Assembly: GCA_050273025.1 (NCBI GenBank)
Contig: CP158635.1
Location: forward strand, 13,144,001 to 13,208,000
Reading direction: 5' to 3'
Length of the DNA: 64,000 bases
Source: Cenococcum geophilum
Lineage: Eukaryota
Shown: one piece after another, positions 25,783 to 40,200 of the stretch
Layout: every line of letters begins with the position of its first letter
How positions within the stretch are numbered: the first letter of the stretch is position 1
Position numbers and translations under genes: made by a program
Notes under the pieces: model-generated
What the model saw: the letters and a program-made list of their open reading frames with translations, nothing else
What the model was told of the DNA's origin: nothing
The model's database searches: none

Positions 25783-26872
25783 GATATCCCAAAATAAACT
25801 CTAAGTACTATAAAAATATTTAGATAAAAACCTAAGTAAAGGATTTATTAAAGTAAGCTTACTACCTATAGCCGTATTAGTGATCTTTATTAAGAAACCT
25901 AGTAGCGGTCTACGCTTCTATATAGACTACTAAGCTCTTAATACTGTTACTATTAAGAACTAATATCTAATCCTGTTAATATAAGAGACGCTAAACTAAC
26001 TAAGGCTCGCTACTATATAAAGCTTAATATTATCTCCGTATTTAACCATCTCTATATAGCAAAAGGAGATAAATAGCTTACTATATTTCGTACTTAGTAT
26101 AGATTATTTAAATACTTAGTAACGCTATTTAGCCTCGCAAATGCCCTAAGCTTATTTAATATTATATAAATAACACCCTACGTTCCTACCTGGATATCTT
26201 CTATACCGCTTATATTAACAACATCTTAATATATAGTAATAACCTAACCGAATATTAGAAGTACGTTAACTTTATTTTATAAGCCCTATACAGAGCTAGT
26301 CTATAATTAGATATAGATAAATATAAGTTTTATAATACGGAAGTTCTATATCTTAAACTCCTTATTTTTATAAATAGTATATAAATAGACCTAAAGAAAG
26401 TTAAAGTAATTATAAACTAGCAAGAACTTAAGAACGTTAAGGACGTAAGAGCCTTTATAGAATTTACTAATTTCTACCAACGGTTTATTAATAACTTCTC
26501 CGCCCTAGTTTTACCCCTTATAGCTTTAACCTAAAAGGATAAAGTTTTTATCTTTATAAGGAATATAAGAAGGCCTTTGCCTATCTAAAGGTTATATTTA
26601 CTACTGCGCCTATACTCTAATACTTTAACCTAAACTAAATAAGTATTATAGAAGCCAACTTATCTAACTACGTTATTAGAGGCATCCTGTCTTAATATAA
26701 CAAGGATAGAGTATTATACCCTATTGTATACTTCTTAAAATAACTAAGCCTAGCTAAATATAACTACAAGATCTACAATAAGGAATTATTAGCTATTATT
26801 AGATATTTTAAATAATAAAGACCCAAACTAGAAGGCGCTAGATTTTTAATTAAGGTCCTTAACAACTATAAG
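25783..26872 (+). mobile_element. Family C pol fragment (RT-RNase H), copy C4
   Basis: Colinear with ~29531-30626. Confidence 0.88.
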
Positions 26873-29800
26873 TGTTATAAGACACCCCTGTAACACCTTA
26901 TATATGTCTACCTATTTCCACCGACTTAGCAATTAGAGACTAACCGCGAAATAGTAATCTAATAGCAATCTAACGGCAATCTACGGCATTCTGCCATATT
27001 CTGCTAAGTTCCACTAAATTCTGCTAAGTTTTACTAAATTCTGCTAAGTTTTGCTAGGACTATAACCTAAACCCTATTTTACCTATATACGTGTTAACTA
27101 AGCAACTAAGTTAACAATATATACCCTTTCTTCCCATTTTCCTACCTTCTTTCCTTACGCAATGTCTTGACTTCCTTACACAGTTTATATATATAGCTTA
27201 ATAATATCTACCTTGCTATATATTATCGTCGCTTATACTTACTCTATAACACTACGTTGCGTTAACTACCTATACTACTATTAATATGCAGAACGAACCC
27301 AAAGCCCCTATAACGGCCGCTGGTATCATATCCGCACTCTAAAAATAATTGGTAGGGATACAAAAGTCTTTTATAAATGCCCTTAAATAAAACCAAGCCA
27401 CTTTAAATTAACGATAAGCCGAATAAGAAGCATGATACTAGTAATTAATTAAGAACCTCTAAGAAGAAGTCTATACCCTTAAGATACCTATACTAGGACC
27501 TTAAGACTAAATACCATCTCTAGAGATAAACACGCGGAACGCAAGCCCCAAACCTATAGTAGCCACTATACTAAAACAATTTAAACAACTACTAAATCCC
27601 CTAGTATTTACTAGTAAATAATAAGAGCTCCAATTATTTCTAAGCTAGCTTAAAAATAAGCTAACTGGTAACGCTAACCGTTACCTAACTAAAGTTAACC
27701 GACTCTATTACGCCCTAAGTTAACTAGGAGGAGATGCAGCTAACCTTATTAAACCGCTTTAGCCAAACTTAGTATAAAGCCTAGTTATACTTCTTAAAGC
27801 TATATATAGTAACCTAAACCGCCAAGCTACTACTTAAAGAAAGATAAATTACATGACTTAAGGAATAAAAAGTTTCCTAGTATACTTCTCCGAATTTAAC
27901 CGTTACGTAAAGGAAATAGGCTAGAACGACTCCGCACTAATTAATAGCTTCATTAAATCCCTAAGCCCTAAACTAAAAACCTCCCTAATAGGCGTAGACC
28001 TACCGGGAGCCCTTAATGCCTGCGTAAACATCATTAATAAACGATATAATGATATACTACGCCTAACACCGAAGCCCGCTCCTTAATATAATATAGCAAC
28101 CCCGCGAATATCTACTAAGTTATCGTTTTAGCCTAAGCACCCTAACGCTATAGATATTAACACTAGGACCTTAGGGTACGCCCTACTAGGGTCCTCTAAA
28201 TAAGAACGACGCATTAAGCTAGGCCTCTGCTTTAAATATAAAAGTAGCTCTTACCTCTCTAACTACTACTCCGTCCCTATACCTAAATATAAATTACGAA
28301 CGGCTAATACTAGCAGCCGTTTACCGTATTGATCTTCTGGTTACCATCCCCAATCTCTATTTGGTTTTAGCCCTATATCTAGCAAGTACTATTTATAAGG
28401 ATAAAGCTATAGCTAACGTCCTATAAGAACCCCACCCTAATTACCTCTAAAAGGAAGGTCCTAGAGCTAAGTCGCTCTCCGGGGCGGCTCTGCTATAGGA
28501 TCTCATTAAACGCATTTAACGTTACGAACTCTAACTCTTAGGACCGTAGCATAACCATTAACTGCTATCTTTAGTAGAATGGTTAATAGGCTAACACTTA
28601 AATCCTAATTGACATAGGAGCTAGCGGCATAGGATTTATTAATAAGATCTTTGCATAAGATAATGATTTTACCTTAACCCCCCTTAACCGGTATATTAAC
28701 GTATTTAGATTTAATGGCAAACGCACCGTCTTAGGCCGTATTACCCATGTAGTATTTCTAAGACTCCAATACCTAAACTATAAAGAATTAATTAAACTTT
28801 TTGTTACCACCCTAGGTCACTTAGTGATCCTAAAACAACCCTAGATAAAGCTATATAAGGTAACTATTAATTAGGACAACCTTAAGCTTCTATTTACTGC
28901 CTTCCGTTACAAGCAGAAGTGCCTTATAACTCGCTATATAGACCTAGAACTAAAATCTAAAAAATCTACCAGGATCCACCAGTCTAAAATTTCCACAACT
29001 GTCCACCCTATACCTAAGAAATCCACTAGATTCTACTAACCTAAGAACTCCACTAAATTTTATAAGTTATTACCAAGTACTGCACCGCCCTAAGCTAAGT
29101 AAAAGCTTAAGCTCTATATACGAAAATACTAGAAGGATTAGTATTCCACTATAAAAAGGATTCTTAAAGAACCCGAACCTAAATCTAATACTAACTCTGT
29201 ACCTAATACCGAACCTAAACCCAAATAAAAAACTATAGACAATTTAAGCGAGCTCAGCACCCTAGATATCTGTATAATTAGAGCTACCCTACTAGCGTAA
29301 CTTACTAAGAAACCTGAGCATACAATCTTCGCTGTTATAATAGCTAATATTAAGAAGGCCTTAGCACTAAAGAAGTATACTAACCCTGCTATAAAGGTAC
29401 TAATAGAGTATTATTATCGCCTAGATGCATTCTTATAAAAGAAAGCTAATAAGCTACTAGAACACCAACTATATAACTATAAGATTATACTTAAAGAAGG
29501 AAAGCAGCCTGGATTTAGACCCTTATACAGGATATCCTAAAATAAACTCTAAGTGCTATAAAAGTATTTAGATAAAAACCTAAGCAAAGGATTTATTAGA
29601 GTAAGCTTATTGCCTATAGCTATACTAGTAATCTTCGTTAAGAAACCTAGCGGCGGTCTGCGCTTCTATATAGACTACTAAGCTTTTAACGCTGTTACCG
29701 TTAAAAATTAATATCTAATCCCATTAATATAAAAGACGCTAAACCGGCTAAGTAAGGCTCGTTACTACATAAAGCTTAATATTATCTTTATATTTAACCG

Positions 29801-31283
29801 TCTCTATATTATAAAAGGGGACGAATAGCTTACTATATTTCGTACCCAATATAGACTATTTAAGTACTTAGTAACACCCTTTGGCCTTATAAATACTCTA
29901 AGCTCGTTTTAATATTATATAAATAATACCCTGCGCCCCTACCTAGACATCTTCTATACTGCTTATATTAACAACATTTTAATATATAGTAATAACCTAA
30001 CCAAATATTAGAAACACGTTGACCTTATTTTATAAGCCCTATATAGAGCTGGTCTATAATTAGATATAGATAAATACAAATTTTATAAAACGGAAGTCCT
30101 ATACCTTAGACTCCTTATATCTATAAACGGTATATAAATAAACCCGAAGAAAGTTAAAGTAATTATAAACTAGTAAGAACCTAAGAACGTTAAGGACATA
30201 AGAGCCTTTATAGGATTTGCTAATTTCTACTAATAGTTTATTAATAACTTCTCCGCCCTAGTTTTACCCCTTATAGTTTTAACCTAAAAGAATAAAGTTT
30301 TTGTCTTTAATAAGGAATATAAGAAGGCCTTTGCCTATCTAAAGGTTATATTTACTACTATGCCTATGCTCTAATACTTTAACCTAAACTAAATAAGTGT
30401 TATAGAAGCCGACTTATCTAACTACGTTACTAGAGGTATCCTATCTTAATATAATAAGGATAGAGTATTATACCCCATAGTATACTTCTTAAAATAACTA
30501 AGCCTAGCCAAATATAACTACGAGATCTACGATAAGGAATTATTAGCTATTATTAAGTGTTTTAAACAATAGCAACCTAAACTAGAAGGCGCTGGATTTC
30601 TAATTAAGGTCCTTAGCGACTATAAGAACCTATAGTACTTTATAACCACAAAATAGCTAAGTTATTATTAGGCCCGCTAGTTAGAATATCTATCTCGTTT
30701 CCGATTCTTAATTATATACTACCTAGGCGTCTAAGGTTAGAAGCCTAATACCCTAACCTAATACTTATAAAACGCGCTAGCCCTAAAAGAAGCGCGCTTT
30801 TACTAAAATTAAACCCTACTTCGCCCTAAACTATTTAACCCTTCTACTAAAGATCTTACGGTACACGTCCTTAAAATAACTAATCAATTAATTAAATAGA
30901 TTATAATTAATAAATACCCGAATAATAAGTTCATCTAAGAGACGCTTAAGCTAATATAAGATGGCATTAGACGCTCTAAAAAGATTTCTCTAAGTAAATG
31001 CAAAGCCTATGGAAACTACTTATATTACCAGAATCGTCTAGTTATCCCTAATTATAATAAGCTTAAGCTTAAACTCCTTAAATACGTATACAATCTACCT
31101 ATCGCCGGCTACCTAGGCTAAGAAAAGACCCTAGAACTACTCTAACGGGAGTATTATTAGCCGAATATATATAATATAACACGAAGGTATATCTCTAGCT
31201 ACTATACCTGCCGATAAGCTAAAGCCTCGCATAAGACGTATAACAGTCTTTTAAAGCCACTACCTGTTCTAGACCGAAGATAG

Positions 31284-34200
31284 TGTTACGGCACTGACTT
31301 GCCACATACTGTTCCATACTGTCTTGTACTGTTTCCTACCGTTAGCTAGCCCACTACTAGCGCCTCGGCGGCTGGCCCTACTATTTATATACGATACCCC
31401 TTTTCACCTTCTTCTCCTCTTTATACCACAACGTAGTTATTTGGTCTACTTTATTGCAGCACTGTAACAGTTTGTAGTATCTCTAATTGCGCCCTATTGC
31501 GATCTCTGCTCTTCCTAATCTACTGTCTCCGTTTTCCCAGTATAATCGCGACCTGGCGCGACCAATAATACTATATTATAGTCCCAGACAATCTTAGTAT
31601 AATCCTAAATAATCTTAGTATTATAGCTAGCCTTATAGATTTTAATTGCTCTACCTAGACCCTTTGGAATGGGCGACTATAATATAGATAATACCCCGTT
31701 AGCGAATATACGCGAAGCACTCGCCTGCCTCTTTAATACCTTCTATAACTATATCGCCTAGGTAATTAGGAGTGGTCCGGAGTACCCTAAGGACCTTAAC
31801 GTAGTAGGAACCTTCTAGCATCTCTCTATATATACAACCTTCTTAATTAGCGTTAAGAGCGGCCTCTAAGCCGTCTATAATGAAGGTTAAACCGTAAAGT
31901 CCTAACTTAAAGAAGCCTAGTATAGGATTAACTCCCTTATAATACTTAAACTATGTCTATAATAATATAAACAGTAAGCCTTAATATATACTACGACTAT
32001 ATAAAACCTAAGCTTTTAGATTACTATACTTACCTAGACTATTGCCGATAAGAATATAGCTGCTAGCTCCTATTCTCTTGCTAAGCCCTATAGGAAAAAG
32101 CGTAAAGTAAAAGATCTAACCCTATTTAATGGTAAGGGATTACTAACTAAAAAGTAAGAAAAATTTGAAATATAGGAAATGAAGGTCTAAGGCGTTTTTT
32201 AGAGGGACGTAAAGTGCTTTAAAACCCTAATAGATAAAGTCCTCTATATGTTAGACATGCTAATAGATAAGGCTTATAACTATGTTAAGCATGGCCTTAA
32301 TACGCTATATATACACCTAAGCGACCTAAGTAAATGGATCTTCTCTGACCGAGAGTCTATGCTTATGTATATAAGGAAGCACTATAAGACTATAGATATA
32401 ACCTAAGCAGCTAAAAATAAGTTGGATACCCTAAACTAGGGTAAGCGTAACTACTAGTCCTAGAAGGTAGAGCTTAATGAATTAATAATTAAAGCAAATA
32501 AGACTGAGGAATAAAAAGTGGATTTGCTTAAGAAGAATATTTCCTTAAAGATAAAGGACCTAGCCCTTACCCTCAGCCGCAAGATCAGCGATGCTAACTA
32601 TGTAGGATGGAGTAAGTAGATAGATGTATTTGCTTATAACTTATAGAACCACGCTTACTATACCAAGCTAAATACCGCTAAATTAAGCACCGCTGGCGGC
32701 TATTAACCTATATTACTGTAGAATAATCTAATAAACCTTGACGCCGCTAAATTTGGTAGCGGTAGCGGTAGCCTCCCTAATAACGTCTGAAGATATTATA
32801 TGGATAATAGACTCTATATAGTATGTAGTTAACCTAGCTACTAGAAAGACGCTTATAACCCTAACAAGAACCTAAATCCCCTTCTAATGCTATGGCGCCA
32901 ACCCCTTCTTAGCCGCGGCAGATTCTTTAATAAAGGGGATAGTAACTAAGGCGGTAACTATAAATGGGGACGTGGGTCCGAATACAGAGACCTACCCCTA
33001 TAATTTCCTTCCCTAATATAGCCCCAGCCGATAGTCCCGTACGTAAACTACGGATAAATACTCCGTACTAGTACTAACCGTAAGACCGGCTATATCCTTA
33101 GTAAAGTATCCCCTAGCATATATACACTATTAGAGACCAACACATTAGGATATATTAACTAAGACCATAGCTACTAGCCGAGCCCCACGATCTAGTTATT
33201 AAAAGGCTAACCCTTGGACTAAGTCGCCTCTAAGGGTTAGAACTATATAGGGAGGAGGATAAAAGGATTAGATTTATACTACTAGATTAGTTAGACCTTG
33301 TTCTAAGCCAGCTACTACTTAACCTTAGAATAGTAAATAATAACAGAAATGCTATCCTTATTTAGACCTACCTCTCCTTACTACGCAACCTACTCCTAGA
33401 AGTTTTTATTGAAATAGTTAGCCTTATTAATAGTAGTAGTATAGTACTAGCGTTTGTAGATAAAGACTTGCTTATAAAAAAGCATAATATTATAATAAAA
33501 AGACTCCTAGCCCTAAAAACACTCCGCCTTACTAACGGACTCCTATCTAGCTTTATTACTTATTACTTTATAGTAAAAATAATAATTGGCCACTATACAG
33601 AATCCATACTTTTCTACGTCATGAAGTTATTACCCTTAATACTAGTAATTCTTAGAATGCCCTGGCTTAAAAAGCATAACCTAAGAATAGACTTCCCCGT
33701 CCTAGAGCTTAAGTTTAACTCTAATTACTATGCCTATAACTATCTCCTATAGCATATCCCTAACTATAACCGAGTAGTATTAAGCGGACGTATTATATAG
33801 CTAACGCTTAGATACTAACAGCCGATAGTAGAAGAAGTGCCTAATACTAGTAAACTAATATACGCAGTAAACGAAGCGGAGATTCTAGAAGACTGGACTA
33901 CTGTCCCATCCCTAAGAAAACAACTTTTTACTAAGTCCCACTATAACTGTCTACTAAGTTCCACCGTAACTGTTACGGGACGGGGCAGTGGCTATAAGAC
34001 GTATGTATTCGAGGAGTCTATAAGACGTTACGCGATCGATCGTAAGGGTCGAGGGCGTAAGGAGGTGATATACCTACGCGTAGCTGACATAAGCTGTACG
34101 CGAGGTGTACGCGAGAGCACGGGGCTCTCCTATGGAGGCCCCTGCGGTGGGGTTCCGTGACACTACCCCCCCTCCTATAGAGGCGGAGCTCTGGCGACGC

Positions 34201-37200
34201 TGTGGTTACTATATATATGTAGAAGGGACACTTAGGGTATAGAAAAGAAGAAAAGGGGGGTATCGCTGAAGGCTTAAAACAACGTCATGTGATAAGGCTT
34301 GGCATCTAAGAATCCGACTAATTAGACAACTTTGACCGTTGGTTGAAGTTCCTAAACATCTCAATAATATTCCGGTCACGTGATTGTACTTTGCCGCAAT
34401 CTGACGGCAATCTAACGGCAATTTGCCCCTACGTAGTAATGTATAACGGTTTAACTCTATAAGGGCTCCTATAGAGGATTAGGTATAAAATCTTTGCTTA
34501 GGCCCAGTTTCTGTGGGTTCGCGTAGTAAAAGTCGCTAATTAGATCCTTTGCATTTTTAAAGTCTTCCTATAGTTGCCATTCTGGCTGGTCTATGTCGAA
34601 TCCTATATATATAGCTCTATAGTAGAGCCGTCGTCCTCTGCCTTTGCTAAAGTATTTAGAGTTGATAATTTGTTTAACGGTCCACTCCTCGTGGTTCTTA
34701 TCTTTGTTCTCGTCTCAGATTAGTACTAGTAGGGGTTCGGGCTATATCTACCCCAATAAAGGGTTAGGCTAGTAAAGGTGTAGTAGTTATAGGTAAAATA
34801 CAGGCTATATCCTGCGGGTAGCTAGGGTAGGCAGGAGCTCTAGCTTGTATGCGGCTCCCCTGTTAATGACTTATTTAATTGGGTAGGGGCTGAGGTTCTT
34901 ATAATTGAGTGACTTTATAGGCCTCTGCGTAGAGATATTGCGTGCATCTAGCTATACCTAGTCGCCAATACGTATCTCCGGTGGTGGCGTTCTATAATAG
35001 TCGGCGAAGTAGGCCTGCTTTGCTTGAGCCCAGGCCATTTCTCCCTTGCAGTAGTTAAGTAGATTTTTTATGCGGTTTACATACTGGTCGGTAAGTAGTA
35101 TTTTAAGGCGTTTTCTATATAGCAGTTTCTTATTAATAGGTTCTAGTGGTTCTATGCCGGATTAGGGGTGATATCCCTTATTCGTGAAGAATAGGGTAAG
35201 TCCTATAGTAGTTAAGACGTAGTTATTTACTACGAATTTACCTAGTAGGAGGTGATCTACCCAGTTATCTTAACTATAGGCAACTACCTATTGTAGGTAC
35301 GCTTTTATACTAGCATTAGCGTTTTCCGGTTACCTAGCAGTTTTGTAGTGGAAGGATGTAGACATCTTGATAGAGATGCTAAGGCGTTGGCAGATTTGTC
35401 TCTATATATTAGAGCCGAACTGTGTGCCTTAGTCGGACGTAATCAAATTAGGTAACCTATGTAATCGGTAGATTTTGTAGAGGAAGGCGTTAGTGACGTT
35501 GTTGACGGCTACGCCTTCGGTTGGGACGTAGTGGCGCTCTTTTGTGAGTTGGTATATTATTATAAGGATGTTTTTGTAGGTACGGCCATATCGCTTATAG
35601 GGTGGTAGGTTAACAACGAAATCTATGGCGATATCTGCCTATTATTGTATGGGTACTAGTAGAGGGTGCAGTAGTCCTTAGTACTTTGTATTAAAGGCCT
35701 TAGCGCGCTTATAACCGTGGTAGGCGCCTATAAAGTGTTTAACTAAGTCTATTATTTTAGGCCAGAAGTAGTATTGGCTAAGAAGCTTATAGGTTCCTTT
35801 TTTACCTAGGTGGCCGCTTAATTAGAGGTTGTGGGCTATTTGGATTAGTTGCTGTTATAGATTTTTTGAGTTGGGGACAAATAGACGGCCTCTATAATAG
35901 AGCCTATTTTCTTTTACTTCTAAGGCTGCCATATTAATCTGGCTTAAGCTTTAGAGTTTAGTCGGTAGTGTACGGGCGCTGGCGGTTTTTGCGGTAATAA
36001 GTTAATATAGTAATGGGTTAATAGAGGTGTTATATACCGTAGTAATAAGCTTGTTAATTTTAGGAGGTAATTCTAGTTCTGTGGTATAGAGCTAAGGTAT
36101 AGTTGGCTCTATTGTAGGTAGCATACCTAGGGCCAAATTCCGTGCTTTTAGGATTGTTTGTTATTGGAACTGGTTATAGGGGTTATTTTTAAACTAAGGA
36201 AGGTCTTATAAGCGGCGTGTTAGGCTATTAGGCTTAGTACCTTATACTCCTAGCCTATATATAATTTTGAAGTTAAAACTAGAGAGGAACTTGTTCTAGC
36301 GTGCTTGGCGTTGGTTTAGCTATTTTATAGTTATAAAGTACTTAAGGTTGCGATGATCCGTAAGGACTTTAGTTAGCTAGTTAGGTTCTGCTAAGGAGAG
36401 TTCCGGTTAGAATTCCTTAAATGCTTATATAATCGCGAGAAGTTCCTTATTATAAATCTTATAGTGATATTCTTGTGGTATAAGCTTAGATGAATAGAAT
36501 GTGACTAGGTGGAGGAGACCGTCGTTGCCTATCTGGGAGAGGACGCCTGCGTTGACGTGGTCTAAGGAGTTAGTCTTAAGATAGAGTTGTTGTTTTGGTA
36601 TAAAGTAAGCTAGGATAGGTGCTTTAGTAAAAGCATCTTTAAGGTCTTAGAACGCCTTCTTATATTTAGGCGTCTAGATAAAATGTAAATATGTTTTTCT
36701 TCCTTTTGCGGAAAGGCCCTTCGTTTATATTATTGCTGTAAGTGGTGCTATAACACCCGAGAAGTTATATATAAATTTTTAATAAAAGTTAGTAAAACTG
36801 AGGAAAGCTTATACGTCTTTAATGTAGTTAGGGGTTTGCTATTTGGTAATTATACGTACCTTCTTGGGGTCTATACAGACACCCTTAGTAGTAATAATTA
36901 GTCTAAGGTATTTTACTTCTGTAACTAAGAATTCGCACTTCTTTAAATTAATATAAAGTCCTGTGTCCCTAAGGCGCTGTAGGACCTTTTAAACGTGCTC
37001 GGTATGCTTAAAAGGGTTATTGCTATAAATAAGTATATCGTCCAGGTACGCAGAGTAGAAGTCGTTAAGGTAGTCCCGTAAGGCGTTATTAATATAGCTT
37101 TAGAAGCTGCCTGGGCTATTATATACGCTAAAGGGCATAATGGTATATTCGAATTGGCTAAAGCGCGATGCGAATGTGGTTTTCTATTTATTACCTTCTC

Positions 37201-40200
37201 GTATTTAGAGGCGGTTAAAGGTGGCGATAATATTAAGCTTAGTATAGATTTTGGCTTAGCTAAGCCGCTTAAGAGTCTTATATATAAGCGGTATAGGGTA
37301 TTAGTTCTTAATTGTGATAGCGTTAAGTTCTCTATAGTTAACGTAGAATTAAATACCTCCTCCTAGCTTCTTAGTAAGGAGGATGGGGGCGGCTGCTAGG
37401 GATATGCTAGGGTAAATAAACCCTTTATTAAGGTGTTCGTTGATATACTTTTTAATAACTAAAAGTTTGTCTTTTGATATTAGGTAGGGTCTCTTATAGG
37501 GTAGCGTTTTTCCTTATTTAATATTAATGGCATAGTTATTAGGTTGATATAGGGGGAGTATATCTACGCTTTTTTATAAGTACACGTTAATAAAGTTATA
37601 GTACCTCTTGGGGAGGAGCTTGCGGAGTTCCTTATTGGTAAGTCCTTTTTTAAGCTTTATAAACTTCTTAAAGTCTAAAGGTGAAAGTCCGTAGAGTTTT
37701 GCGGGGGCATTGTTTTCTAAAAGGTCAACTATATCTATCCTGTTACTGTAGAGGACGTAGTTCTGTTCTTTATTAAGCTTATATAGTCGTAATTGGGAGG
37801 CTGCGGTAACAGTTTAGCCTTTCCTATGTGCTATACGGTAGAAGGCCGCGGCACTTATATAGTGGTAGTTGGTTGTAGGTAGAGTAATAAGGGGTTCCTT
37901 GGGTTAGTATTCTAGGGAGTAAATAGAGGCGGCTAGGCTATGTCCTAGGCAGGTCTCTCTATAGTATTTAGAGTTAAAGGTTACTTCTCTCTTTTTCTAG
38001 TTAATAGCGGGGTTGTGTTGTTCGAGCTAGTTTATTCTGAGGATAATAGGGTAGTTAGTAAGTGGTGTAATATAGACCCAGAGTTCTTCTTGGTGCCCAT
38101 TTATATCTAGGTAGAGTTATGCTATATGGGTAATCTTCTGTGCGGTATAACTACCGTTAGCAAGTTATAGGGCGCGGGCTTTAGTAAGGGGTAAGGTAGG
38201 TAGGTTATAAGTGCGCACAAATTAGGTATCTATAAATTTATTAATAGCTCCGCAATTAATTATAGAACGGCTTTTATATTATTTTTTAGCAGTAGTTCCT
38301 ATTACGGGTAAAACTATCTATTTCCGTCTATTTATCTTTACTAAGTTATCTATTAAGCAGGCTAATATATAGATCCCCTTATTATTAGGGCGTCCCAACC
38401 TACGACTTAGGGCTGGGACTTAGTGTTTTCCGTTTCCGTATCCAACTCTACCGCTATTACTGCGTCTTTATTTTGTATAGTAGTGGCATATAGCGACGTA
38501 TTTGGTGTTTAAGGTACTAGGTTAGGTATTAGGCGGCGGCTGCTAAACCTAGCCATTAGGCAGTTTGGGCTATAGCTGTAATAGCCTTCTTAATAATATC
38601 TATAGCAACGCTTTAGCTTCCAGAGTAGCTCGCGTTCTCCATCTAGTAGCTTCTGCGGGAAGGTTGGTATAAAAAGGTTAATATTAGGACCAGTAGTGTT
38701 GCTTAGGGTAGTGGGTGTTGGTGGTTTAGTAGGTCCGGAGGGCTTCTGTAGGGAGGTCTTTAGGTAAAGGTTTACAGTAGCGATCTAATTTAGTTGTTGT
38801 TTAATCTTCCGTATGGCTGCTACCATATTATAAACATTATTGTAGTTATAGCTGGCGGCTGCGTAACTAAGGCGATAAGTGACTTTTTTAAGGAGATCTT
38901 TTTAGTCTTTAGTATTGTCTCGGGCGAGGGCTCCGGTATATTCCTGGAATTTAATATAGAACTTGTTAAATAATTTAGTAGGGCTCATCTTTAGGGCATA
39001 TAGTTTAGCTTAGTTGGTGGCCAGTAGGTCGTGGTCGCGGTATATTAGGTTGAGATTGTTAAGGACTTCTTAGTAGGACTACCACTTTTAGGGGCTATTA
39101 GTCTCCTATTGGGCGAAGAGTCTGTTAAATAGTGTACCCTTTATTCGCCTAATAATGTAGCCAATCTTAGTGTCTTTTGTAGGAAAAAGGTAGGCGCTTT
39201 AAGTTAGTTTCTCGCGGATTTGCATCTTCTAGTGGCTGTATTCTTTGCGGTCTCCCTAGAAAACTAGGGGATTAAGGTAACGTATATTAGACCCTACGGT
39301 AGCAGCTTAGGTTTAGTTGTTATAGCTTTTATTGTTGCTTTAGTAGGGGTTCCCGTTAGGTAAGGCTGCTTAGCGCTAACTCTCTATTAAGTGTTAAGTA
39401 GGTAAAGTTGCCGGGGGCGTAGAGACTTAAGTGGCGTTATATATAGTAGAGAGGTGTCTGGCGTTGTTACGAATGTGCTTATTAAGCTAAGATTATAGGT
39501 ATTTAATTATACCTTCTCTTTTAGTGACTGTAGTAATAAGTGCGATCTTAGCCTTCTTTAACTATTAGATGTCGCGTTTAGACACGCGGAGGTCGTCTTC
39601 GGTTTCTTAACGCGTGTTATTGGCGAGCGCCTCACGAGCTTATAGGTCTTGGATGATATCGCAATTTTAGGTAGTATGCATCTCAGCTCGTGTAAGCTTT
39701 AGGTGGTAGTTCTATAGAAGGCGGTAGTATTTGTCGGGTTCTTATGCTACCATTTTTACGAATGTCTCGGCGTCTCGTATTTTGATTTTAATAGGTAGTA
39801 GCCCTTCCGCTTACTTGTCCGTAGTTATATAGTTAATAAAAGATAAGATATTGTTAGTGTCTATCTCTTTAGGGGTTAAGGCTAGGGCTGATAAATTAAA
39901 TTCTTCTGGGATTGATTGGCGTCGTAGGTTAAGTGTAGGTATTGGATTATTCTTTAGGTTTAATATAGTGGCTAGTAAGGAATATCGTCTTACTATTGTG
40001 GGTTCCTTAGAAGTATAAAGTGAGGTAACTCGTAGGCACGCTACTTCTGGCAGCGCCTGTAGTATTGCAGAGACGTAGAATTGGTCGTAGGCTAGGTGTT
40101 GGTGGTAAAAAGGCGCAACGTAATGTCATGGGACGGGGCAGTGGCTATAAGACGTATGTATTTAAGGAGTCTACAAGACGTTGCGCGATCGATCGTAAGG

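Noticed and set aside
33837..34160. 107-aa ORF and its twin at 40065-40313
   Set aside because: Both read through the antisense D LTR; their similarity only reflects the LTR duplication.
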